Of a stretch of DNA of 34,244 nucleotides, positions 24,446 to 34,244 are shown piece after piece. Below the pieces are notes generated by a model. It was not told the origin of the DNA and did not search any database. It was given only the letters and a program-made list of their open reading frames with translations. The stretch spans positions 7,672,245 to 7,706,488 of the forward strand of contig NC_068992.1 in NCBI RefSeq assembly GCF_001194135.2, read 5' to 3'. The position numbers were made by a program, and so were the translations under genes. Position 1 is the stretch's first letter. Every line of letters begins with the position of its first letter. This DNA is from Octopus bimaculoides (Eukaryota).

Positions 24446-24514
24446 GCCTGATGATGAGTTATGTCTCATATAGCCCACTTCTTAAAAAGGTTGACAAATG
24501 ATTTACACTGAGGC
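24446..24514 (+). ncRNA. Candidate box C/D snoRNA (69 nt)
   Basis: GCC-TG-ATGATGA (box C 24451-24457) ... CTGA (box D 24508-24511)-GGC. Terminal stem with K-turn spacing; possible D' CTTA (24481-24484) and C' GTTGACA (24490-24496); 45 nt upstream of a plus-strand 3' splice site at 24556. Confidence 0.65.
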
Positions 24515-25129
24515 CTGTTTTCCTAAATTGACTTGTTTTCCTAAATTTATTTTTAGTTATGAGTAGTGTTTGTGTGCAACAGGACGATTCCTTTTGGTGG
24601 GGAAAGGGGTCTGGTTACAGGTTCGAAGGCTGGTGATATTAATATAATATTCTTTCTGAATAGCAGCCTGTTGATAGTCATAATGAAAACAAGAGCAGGA
24701 GAGAAAACTAGAGAGAACATTTTTGGGTAGAACAGAGGTCACAGTAGTAGTGGTAGAAAAGGCATGTCTGTGGGCCAGATGTTGAAGTGTGTTGATAATT
24801 GACTTCATGTCAGTCAATCAGGTAGCTGTTTTTTTTCTTTGGCTGCAGATTAGGATGTATGTAGTGATCTGGGTCAGTGTTGCAGCAGAGTTCACCTGGA
24901 TGTAGGGATAGTATTTCACAATGGGCCTCACCTGAGCAAATGTTAGCAAGGCTGAATTATTTTGCAGTCCTTAAGAGGTTAGCTGTTCCAGGTCAATGCA
25001 TATCTAATAGATATGGCTCCGCACAGGCGCTTTTATTGCATTGTTGCTTTTACGTGACACTGTCTCAAATGCTTTACACCACCAGAAGGATCAATCTTAA
25101 CACTTTTTCTGTGGAGTGTGAGTCTTCTT

Positions 25130-25450
25130 GAGTACGGCCAGGCACCAGGTATCTCACTCCTTAGTCATCTCACCTGAAAGGTGCAGTGTCCTGCGGTCAT
25201 TCTTCAATACTTCATCCATGTCTTCCTGATCTTCCTCTTCTATGTGTTCCATCCACTTGGAAAGATTGGCACTTCTTTATGGGGCTGTAATCATCCATCC
25301 GCATCACATGACCAAACCAGTACTGTCTTCTCTCTTGCACACACCAAACAATTCCTCTTATGCCTAACTTTCTCTCAGAACACTGGCAGTCTGTTGAACA
25401 TATACACTTGTATTACACATCCAGCGGAGCATACTGCCCTCAGTCCTTTC
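25130..25450 (-). mobile_element. RTE LINE 3' fragment
   Basis: Minus-strand translation resembles RRGR.RKTW.EV.KND.R.L; homologous to 31120-31650. Confidence 0.6.
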
Positions 25451-25461
25451 TAACCTTTAGT

Positions 25462-25977
25462 TGGTGGGATGTGAAAGGTTTAGTTCACTTTGAACTTTTA
25501 AACCCAAACCAAATGATAGCAAAGTTCTACTGTGAGCAACTAGAGTGGCTTAAGTCAGTGCTAGAAGAAAAACAACCATCTTTGATTTCAAGACAAAAGG
25601 TATTCTTCCATCAGGATAATGCTCAGCCACATACAGCAAGGACATTCCAAAGGTTGGAGCAGTTTGAATGGGAAACGATGCTCCACTCAACATATTCGCC
25701 AAACATTGCTCCATCTGATTATCATTTATTCCACAGTTTTCAAAATTATTTGGATGAAAAAATATGAATTCTGTAGATGAGGTTAGAACAGTACTGGTGG
25801 ATTATTTTTCGTCATGGACAAGTGAATTTTAGAAGAGAGGCCTTGCAAGTCTATCAGATAGAGGAAAAGCATTGTAGAATATGAAAGGAGAGCATATTTT
25901 AGATTAGAAAAGCAGTTTGTTAATCTTAATTTTGAAAGAATGATGAAAAACAGCATTATTTATGGGATGACCCCATA
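25462..25977 (+). mobile_element. Mariner (Tc1/mariner) transposase C-terminal remnant with right TIR
   Basis: WWDVKGLVHFELL...YCEQL...FFHQDNAQPHTA...YSPNIAPSDYHLFHS. Catalytic D-D spacing is 33 here versus the canonical 34. Stops and frameshifts follow. TIR-like end TTATGGGATGACCCCA-TA. Confidence 0.9.
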
Positions 25978-26892
25978 TTTAAAGGTACGGGTAATCTTAT
26001 GAATACACGAAACTCTAAGATCTAATTATTATTAGTTAGATTGTTCTTATCTCTATATTTGAAAATTTCATATAATTCCATACAACATAGTTTACATCCG
26101 TATGGGCTATTTGTTTATGGCTGAGAAAAGGAAAGGGGGAAAAAAGAACAGTAGACGGGCGGCGGAAGCCATTGTAACGCTGACCGAACCCAAAGCACCT
26201 CCAGTGGGAAATGTGCCACCGGAGAGGGAGACTTTGTCAGCAGGAATTGTGCCGCTGACAGAGCAGTATGAGGTCCCTCCCTGAGAGGAAGAGGAGTTAT
26301 ATGTTCTCCTGTACCATGAGGGAGGGACTATTGACAGTTTCTTGGACCGCGAGTGCGGTCAACGAGAAGCGTGTGTGCGATGACGAAAACGGCGCTGTCG
26401 GCCGCCGAACGTGCCAAAGCAACGATGCCGGGATGGCGAGCGCGAGGAGATCGCGACTAGTTCAACGTGACGAGAAATATCGTGACAAAAGCCAGGAGTA
26501 ATTTTGACAAAGAGAACTTTGTCGGCCTCNNNNNNNNNNNNNNNNNNNNNNNNNNNNNNNNNNNNNNNNNNNNNNNNNNNNNNNNNNNNNNNNNNNNNNN
26601 NNNNNNNNNNNNNNNNNNNNNNNNNNNNNNNNNNNNNNNNNNNNNNNNNNNNNNNNNNNNNNNNNNNNNNNNNNNNNNNNNNNNNNNNNNNNNNNNNNNN
26701 NNNNNNNNNNNNNNNNNNNNNNNNNNNNNNNNNNNNNNNNNNNNNNNNNNNNNNNNNNNNNNNNNNNNNNNNNNNNNNNNNNNNNNNNNNNNNNNNNNNN
26801 NNNNNNNNNNNNNNNNNNNNNNNNNNNNNNNNNNNNNNNNNNNNNNNNNNNNNNNNNNNNNNNNNNNNNNNNNNNNNNNNNNNNNCCCCAGT

Positions 26893-27280
26893 GGCTAACT
26901 ATTATGAAATAAAGTAGCTTGCTGACCAATCACATGGTTCCGGGTTCAGTCCTACTGCCTGGCACCTTGGGCCAGTGTCTTCTACTATAGCCTCGAGCCG
27001 ACCAAAGCCTTGTGAGTGGATTTGGTAGACGGAAACTGAAAGAAGCCCGTCGTATATATGTATATGAATATATATGTGTGTGTGTGTGTGTTTGTCCCCC
27101 GAACATCGCTTGACAACCGATGGTGGTGCGTTTACGTCTCCGTAACTTAGCGGTTCGGCAAAAGAGACCGATAGAATAAGTACTAGGCTTCCAAAGAATA
27201 AGTCGTGGGGTCGATTTGCTCGACGAATGGCGGTGCTCCAGCATGGCCACAGTCAAATGACTGAACCAAGTAAAAGAGTA
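26893..27280 (+). mobile_element. tRNA-derived SINE with internal microsatellite; a degenerate inverted copy lies at 27723-28110, fragments at about 1960-2050, 2940-3060, 5380-5500, 10480-10620 and 14830-14940
   Basis: B-box-like GGTTCAGTCC; shared GCACCTTGGGC..GTGTCTTCTACTATAGCC and GGTAGACGGAAACTG blocks across copies. Confidence 0.8.
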
Positions 27281-28669
27281 TTCTCTTCCTTCGGTCATTT
27301 CGATCAAGAGTACCTTCTTACCTCCCTTGCATTTCTCAACCATTATTTACGAAATCAAGGCAGAAACACCTTTATTGAGTATTTCGATTACGAAATAATC
27401 GACAATCAACAAACGATCGGTGAATTCACGTAAATAGTATGTGTTTTATTTATTTTTTTTAATTTAAAAATACTGTTTTAAAATCTTAATAGTTTCAAAA
27501 TTTTCTACTTTATTGTTGTTTAAGGTGACTTTGCTGTTATATGTAATTAAGGGCAATGCGCGGAACTAATATACTATAGTATAGCAACGTAGGTTTTGGT
27601 TTTAATGTTTAATTGTATAGACAGATGATGTGACAGAGATATGTAGGAATTTAGACACATTTAATAATTATAGTGCTTCTATCAATTTGGTACCGTAGTG
27701 GCTCTCTTCACTTATGAATATTTTTTTTTTTTACTTGTTTCAACCATTAGACTGTGGCCATGCTGATTCACTGCCTTGAAGAATTTTAGTTAAACAAATC
27801 AACTCCAGCACTTATTTGTTTTTCCTTTAAGCCTGATACTTATTCTATTAGTATCTTTTGCCTAACTGCTAAGTTACAGGACATAAACACACAAATACTG
27901 GTTATCAATCGGTAGTGGGGTACAAACACACACACACACACACACGCACGCACACACAACGGGCGTCGTCCAGTTTTCATCTACCAAATCTAATCAGAAG
28001 GCTTTAGTCTGCCTGAGGCTATAGTAGAAGACACTTGCCCAAAGTGCCACATGGTGGGACTCAACTTGGAACCGTGTATTTAGGAAGCAAAACTTCTTAC
28101 CACACAGCCACACCTGTACCTATACGTTTTTTGGATGCGTAAGCAACTTCTCTTTGATACTATCAATGATTTTGGTATTTCATCAAAAATATTCTTTGCA
28201 AATTTGTATGAATCTTTGTAGAAGTAGCTTCTCTATTTTCCTTGATGTTTTCTCTTCTGGAAGAGATATATCACCCTGATGTCTCTGCACATTTTCTTCT
28301 CATCCTCATACAACTCCAAAAGGTCTCCCTTCATTTCTTTCTCAACCTTTTACTTCTCAGACCTCAAGTTCACCAGTAGGTATTGCCTCATCAACAACCT
28401 CCCTCTTAACTATTTTGCCCCCTTTTTATCACTAATAGTCTTAGTCCCAAATTCTTCCAGGCAACAATTGTAAAACTTTCCTGCACTTTCAACATTCTCT
28501 AATCCCAACCTTTCAGACACAATCCAGTCCTTATATCTTTACTTTTTTTTCTTTATATATCTTCTTCCTGTTTGTATATCTCACTTGCTGTTTGTATATC
28601 TATACTTTCAGCACTTATATATATCTACTGCCAATTCTTATATTTCTTATATCTCTACTTTCAGTCCTT

Positions 28670-28783
28670 ATGCCTCGCTATTATGAAGCTGAAGAAGAAA
28701 GTTCTAGTATCTGGAAACCTGCATGTTCTGGCTTGCGTATAGAGTTGCAAGAATGTATAGCTGAAAGTGATTGTTACAAAAAG
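28670..28783 (+). CDS. COA5: Cytochrome c oxidase assembly factor 5 (PET191 family), coding exon 1 (MPRYYEAEEESSSIWKPACSGLRIELQECIAESDCYKK)
   Basis: MP.YYE start and C-x9-C motif as in human COA5 (MPKYYED...ACAGLKEDLGACLLQSDC). Acceptor ttcag| at 28664. Donor AAG|gtggta; alternative GTG|gtaatt at 28786, same phase. Confidence 0.93.
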
Positions 28784-29626
28784 GTGGTAATTTTTTCCAT
28801 TACAAAAGAATGTTTGTGATTTGCACAGTTTCTTTACTATATAAAATATATTAATTTGGCTCTTGTTACCTAAAACAGCTGCATCCCTCTAGAAATACTT
28901 CAATGACTTATGATTTACAAGGGAAACATTAATTTCTTTGTCAGATAATTTACAGGAAATGTTTCTGAAGATATTGAACAACACATTCATTTTTGAATAT
29001 TTCCTTTTGACCAGCTAACAGATGAATCAACTTTTTCTTACTAACAGTCTCTTACATGCTCTGCTTCTCCTATGCACTAGGTAGGATAGAAGCTTATAAT
29101 CTTACAAAGATTAATCCTTTCATAATCATAATTCTAGGAAACAAAAAAGAACTGTGTTTCAGTGAATTTTGAATATAATCAAACATCTGCAAGGATTTTG
29201 GCAAATATCTTTTATCTTTATTAATATTGTGATAGAGATGTAACTATGTAAAAAGTTTTTACGTAAATTTCAATGGGAGATTTTATATCAGAACCAGAAA
29301 CAAGTTAGCATCAAAAGATTTTTGTATTTTGTCTGTGTAACATGTATCATCATCATCATCACACACATACACATGCAGCCATTGCCATATGTATGTATAT
29401 ATGAACGAAATGTTTCTAAATGAAGAGAATGAATGGGAGAAAGAGGGTCTGCCAGATGTCGACCCAACAGAGGGACCAGCTATCTGAATTGATTGTACCT
29501 TGATAGATAAAGCAATTAAGAGTATGAAGACAGGGAAAGCCCCCAGCCTTAGAATTGTGTCAAGCAAGTTGCTTCGTCTTTGTGTGCTTTTCTCAATCTT
29601 GATTCTTTGAGAAAAAATCTTCTCTC

Positions 29627-29666
<40 letters not shown>

Positions 29667-29757
29667 TTTCCAAATGTGTTTCCAAACTATGTATTAATGC
29701 TATTTTCATATTCATTACCATTATTTTAATTCCATTTTTTCTTGTTCTTTTCTTTAG

Positions 29758-29904
29758 GATGGCCACACAATCAGAGAATGTGTAGCCCTTGGAAATCATC
29801 CATCTATCCCTAATGAGTGTAATGTTTTGAGGAATTCTTTTTTTGAGTGCAAGAGATCTTTACTAGACATGCGAACTCGGTTCCGGGGCCGGAAGGGTTA
29901 TTAA
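29758..29904 (+). CDS. COA5: COA5 coding exon 2 (DGHTIRECVALGNHPSIPNECNVLRNSFFECKRSLLDMRTRFRGRKGY*)
   Basis: Long pyrimidine tract and ttag| acceptor; second C-x9-C; diagnostic FFECKRS.LD.R.RFRGRKGY C-terminus; TAA at 29902-29904. Confidence 0.96.
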   Translation, partial: DGHTIRECVALGNHPSIPNECNVLRNSFFECKRSLLDMRTRFRGRKGY

Positions 29905-29931
29905 CATATGCTATATTAATTATGTAATTTA

Positions 29932-29937
29932 AATAAA
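29932..29937 (+). terminator. Candidate polyadenylation signal of COA5
   Basis: AATAAA 27 nt after the stop, followed by T-rich sequence. Confidence 0.5.
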
Positions 29938-30362
29938 TGTTTAATATTTTAATACTTCATGGTATTTATTGTTTTTTTTATTTTTTATATGCTTCACAGT
30001 CTTCAAGTGAATTGATTAAATTAAAGTTACACACCAAGTGTTTGTTGTTCTCTGCTATCTACGAATCTATCTTAAGACTCATTCACACCAATTACCACTC
30101 ATCATCATCATTATTTAACATCTGTTTTCCATGCTGTTGTGGGTTGGATGGTTTAACAAGATATGGCGAGCCAGAGGACTGTACCAAACTCTATTTCCTC
30201 CTTTGGCATGGTTTCTACAACTGGATGCCTTTCCTAATGCAGCCATTTCACAGAGTATACTGGATGCTTTTTACTTTGCACCAGCATCAGTGAAATAACC
30301 AAGTGTGTAAAGAAAATATATTTCTTGAAAAATACAAATCACACCTGACTATAAACATATAA

Positions 30363-30659
30363 CCAGAGCGAGATCGTTGCCAGTGCTCCTGGACTGGCTC
30401 TTGTGCGGGTGGCACATAAAAGACACCATTTTTTAGCGTGGCCGTTGCCAGTACCGACTGACTGGCCTTCGTGCGGGTGACACGTAAAAGCACCCACTAC
30501 ACTCTCTGAGTGGTTGGCGTTAGGAAGGGCATCCAGCTGTAGAAACTCTGCCAAATTAGATTGGAGCCTGGTGTTGCCATCCGGTTTCACCAGTCCTCAG
30601 TCAAATCGTCCAACCCATGTTAGCATGGAAAGCTGACGTTAAACGATGATGATGATGAT
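30363..30659 (+). mobile_element. Young SINE/RTE-tail repeat with (GAT)n tail; partial copy at 31907-32038
   Basis: Inverted near-copy of 14054-14298; 31907-32038 shares GGGCATCCAGCTGTAGAAACTCTGCC...AAACGATGATGATG. Confidence 0.8.
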
Positions 30660-31119
30660 TTTAATTCATGAATGTATAACCACCACTGTACATGTTTTAT
30701 CTCATTACTTTAACTCCTGAGTTTATATAAATTTACCCTCCCCAAAAGGTGTACCCTTAAAAAAAAGTGTAGTTATTTCCCCTGTCTCAAATAATAACAA
30801 TCACCAATTACCTCCCCTTAGATTTTTTTATACATGCTGATTCATTTACAAATAAACTATCATAGAAGTATCATGGACTAAAAATTTTAAGAAAATACAG
30901 AATTGCAGTGTTTTCACCAATTTCAATGTCATGATTAGCGAAACACAAAGCCGGTTAACTATCGTAATATTCTATCCTTTAAAATATAAAATATCTGCTA
31001 CGACTACAATTTCACTTGCCTTGATAGATCTTCTTCCCAAGCACATCATTTGTCATTGCCTCCGTGAGGTCCAGTCTGCAGAAGGTGCTTTTTACGTGCC
31101 ACCAGCACAGGTGTTAGTT

Positions 31120-31650
31120 ATGTGACACCAACAACAACCACAGCTATGATTTTAATTGGCTTGACAGGTTTTCTCAAGCACAGTATCTCACCAAAGTCTT
31201 GGCCACTAGTCATTCCCTCCATGAAGTGCAACATTTGAAGATCATGCTTCACCACCTCATCCCATGTCTTCTTGTGTCTCCCTCTTCCACAGGTTCCTTC
31301 CACTGATAGAGATCATCACATCTTCCCACAACTGTCCACATTGATACGCATCGCATGACTGTACCAATGCAATCACATCTGATGCCTCTTATGCCAAACT
31401 TCTCTCTTAAGACACTTACACTCTGTCATACATGCACATTGACATTACACATCCTGCGAAGCATACTAGCTTCAGTTCTTTCAAGCCCACACATGTACTC
31501 AGCAACCACAGCCTATGTAACATGGCTGTTCACACACTGGCATCATACAATCTGCCTATCAGAGGTAGGGGCTCGCTGAACTTTGCCCAACCTGTTCTTA
31601 TTCTAGCAGCTGACTTGGCCACCTAGGTAACAGAAGCTATCAACTACTTC
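31120..31650 (-). mobile_element. RTE LINE 3' fragment
   Basis: Minus-strand EGTCGRGRHKKTWDEVVKHDLQML (GR..KTW motif). Confidence 0.7.
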
Positions 31651-32646
31651 TGGTTTTCCCCTCTGACATTTGATGGAGTCTGTTTCTTGAATATTTATAG
31701 TGTTGATTGTACCTGTGTACCTTCCACACACAAGAACTATACACTTCAATATTGTAAAAAAGGGAAAGTAAGTTTCTGAGAATTACGAGTTCCTTTCTCC
31801 CTTGTTTCTTGAACGTTTTACAGACACATATACATGCACACAACCACTTGACACCACACAGCTGTATCAACTAATCTTTGGGTTAATTGATATAATATGT
31901 ATATATGGGCATCCAGCTGTAGAAACTCTGCCAGATCAGATTGGAGCCTTGTGCAGACATCTGGTTTGCCAGTCCTCAGTCAAATCGTCCAACCCATGCT
32001 AGCATGGAAAGTGGACGTTAAACGATGATGATGATGATAATGAACATGTTTATATATGTGTGTAGATAAATTTCAAAAAGAGACATAAAAAGAAATTAAA
32101 GAAATAAAAAAAATGTTCTGAAAATTGCCAAACACATAGACAAAACATGATTTTTTTCATTTGACACATAGGATATCAGGTCGAGTAGCCCATCCCGCTC
32201 AAAAGGTCCCTGAATCAGAGTTAAGGATGTTGAACGAAATACCCATGTTTCCAAAGGTGAATTATCCAAACCCCAAAGAATTCCTCTCAACACATGGCTA
32301 TGATGCTTCCCCACTACTTCTGCTCGTGATCAGAGATGCACATATCGTCAGCCACCAAGGGACATGCTCAACTGGTTAAGGTCAAACTGACATGCAAATC
32401 TGTGGTATTGAGCAGAATATTTACTGTAACCCATCTTTTATACCAAGACAAAACAATGTACATGATAACACTTCCAATCAGTTAAGATCAGAAACCATGA
32501 GAACCACTCTTATTATTATTATCATTATTATTATTATTATGGTTACTATTTCAAATTCTGCTGAGGTTGACTTTGCCTTTCAGCCTTTCGAATCAGTAAA
32601 TTAAGTACCAGTCACGTATTAGGATCAATGTGATCAACTTGCATTC

Positions 32647-32854
32647 GGTAATTTTTCAGATTAACAACTGCACGATCTTCACTAGGGTTTTAGGGTCATG
32701 GTTAGGGTTACGGTTAGGGTTTTAGAGTTTGGGTTAGGGAATTCCGTCCCTAACGTAACCGTAACCGTAACCCTTAAAACCCTAACCCTGACCCTAAAAC
32801 CCTAACCCTAACACCCTAGGGAAGATCGTGCGGGTGTTAATCTGAAAAATTACC
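32647..32854. mobile_element. 208-bp foldback/MITE-like element with about 42-bp TIRs and inward telomere-like repeats
   Basis: Left arm GGTAATTTTTCAGATTAACAactGCACGATCTTCaCTAGGGT matches the reverse complement of the right arm with 3 mismatches. TTAGGG-like units on the left, CCCTAA-like units on the right. No clear TSD. Confidence 0.8.
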
Positions 32855-33164
32855 TTTCATTCTGGTGGGTATCAGAGCGTTTGAGTGACATCAGACCCCA
32901 ACAAACGCCCATAAATTAAATTCATCTATCTGTGTCACGATCGTGACCCGTCGCGCTTTATGTGTTAAAATATGAAAGTATTGTCCACTCTCGAAAGAAA
33001 AAATGTTTTTGAGTGTGTGTTCCTTTTCTAACCAAAATTGACATTTTCATTGCAACCTATTTCCTATGTCAAAACAGCGTTATTTTTGTCTGACATTCTT
33101 TTCCTATTGCTTCATTTCCGCCATAGCTGAATAGTACTTTCGTTTTAGTTGCGTTAAAGAGAAG

Positions 33165-34090
33165 ATGGCGGCTGCACCTCATGATTTTACATTGCCTGTT
33201 TTCAAATTTCTATGTAGAGAAGGATCCAACGGCCTCAATATATATTCTATTGTTGAAAACTTATCTCATAGTAGCAACGATCTGCATTTGAATTTATCAT
33301 ACGTCAGGAAGGTAATTAATAATCCAGAACGCTTCCACCAAGACGACGGTACCATTTACCCTAAAACTTTTCTGCGAATTTGTGGCCACCCAGTAAATCA
33401 CGATAAAAATTGTACGTCCTTACACCTATGTAAGTTTTATCTATTAAGTGATACCTGCACGTACGGTAAGAAATGTATATATGGTCACAACTTTGAGAGC
33501 GAACATAACATGAAAATATTAAAAGAACATGAACTTAATAATTTAAGCCTTGACGAAGTGCGCGGTTTATTAAAAACGCGCTGTAATCGTACATCGGAGA
33601 CCACACCTCTTTTATGTATATATCACAACAGTCATGAGAAATGTCGAAAGGATGTGAACTGTCACTGCATTCACATTTGTAAAAAGTTTTTAGATTCCAA
33701 ATGTCAAGGGAAAAATTGTAATAGAAATCACGATATTGACAACCAAGTGACGACCGTTTTGGAGAAATTTGGATTCGATACAGATTTAGACGAGGAATCA
33801 ATAATCGAATTGATAAAAACTGTCACCGAATTAAAATTTGAAGAAGTACAAGCCCCGTCTTGTGTCCCATCAAAGCCCAAACATAAACAGGAAACGTCTG
33901 AATTTTGTCGTTACTTCTTAAAGGGAGGATGTTCACGTGAAAATTGTAAGTTTATTCACTCTAGACATCCTTATATGTGGTGCTACTATGAAGAACAATG
34001 GCTTAACTTTCCTGAGCAGGTCAACGAACAAATCGAAAAGCAATACGCTGACCCGAACCTAAAGACCGCTACTTTGTTTCAGCAACACAA
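33165..34090 (+). CDS. PARP12: PARP12/ZC3HAV1(ZAP)-like zinc-finger protein, first coding exon (five zinc fingers and the start of a WWE domain); the gene continues beyond the window
   Basis: Strong start context aagATGG. LHLCKFYL..C...C..GH and HN..IL..H.L..LS..E...LL signatures of ZAP/PARP12. Fingers C-x8-C-x5-C-x3-H (two) and C-x7-C-x4-C-x3-H (two). PYMW...W..F......IEKQYADP marks WWE1. Probable donor CACAA|gtttgt; exact donor and orthology uncertain. Confidence 0.85.
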
Positions 34091-34244
34091 GTTTGTATAC
34101 GTTTACTTTCTTTTCTAGTTCACCACTTTAAAGTTAATCCTATACAACAGAATCAGAAATTAGCTAATTGAAGAAAACCAGACAAGCTGAGAAGGAAAAC
34201 AATAATAATAATATACACCTCTTTCTTTTACTTGTTTCAGTCAT

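Noticed and set aside
24627-24669. AGGCTG/CAGCCT stem enclosing GTGATA...CTGA
   Set aside because: Too short for a C/D snoRNA and box C is degenerate.
24557-24817. 86-aa minus-strand ORF MTDMKSII...
   Set aside because: No recognisable family or minus-strand splice support; the plus-strand splice signals bounding the same segment are more persuasive.
32680-32820. Telomere-telomere fusion scar
   Set aside because: The arrays are short, degenerate and enclosed by unique TIRs, which fits a foldback transposon better.

Overview
AT-rich, repeat-dense animal genomic DNA with five assembly gaps (6733-7048, 14299-14826, 18205-18712, 20737-20973, 26530-26885). The SINE/RTE repeat landscape looks cephalopod (Octopus-like); this is inferred from recognition, not a search. 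Three protein-coding genes were reconstructed by hand. (1) A minus-strand peptidylglycine alpha-amidating monooxygenase (PAM/PHM), 12 coding exons from 15939 to about 1157, with a signal peptide, all six copper ligands and phase-consistent junctions. Its last visible exon is interrupted by a 17-bp tandem array that adds in-frame stops but restores the frame afterwards. (2) A plus-strand COA5 (2 coding exons, 86 aa, twin CX9C). (3) The first large exon of a plus-strand PARP12/ZAP-like CCCH-WWE gene running off the right end. Between PAM and COA5 are a candidate compact bidirectional promoter, a textbook-geometry box C/D snoRNA candidate at 24446-24514, and scattered splice-bounded segments that may be its non-coding host gene. 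The rest is a solo LTR, SINEs, LINE and mariner fragments, a Helitron-like element, a telomere-repeat foldback element upstream of the PARP12-like gene, and microsatellites. Most ORFs in the supplied track are microsatellite or N-gap artefacts.
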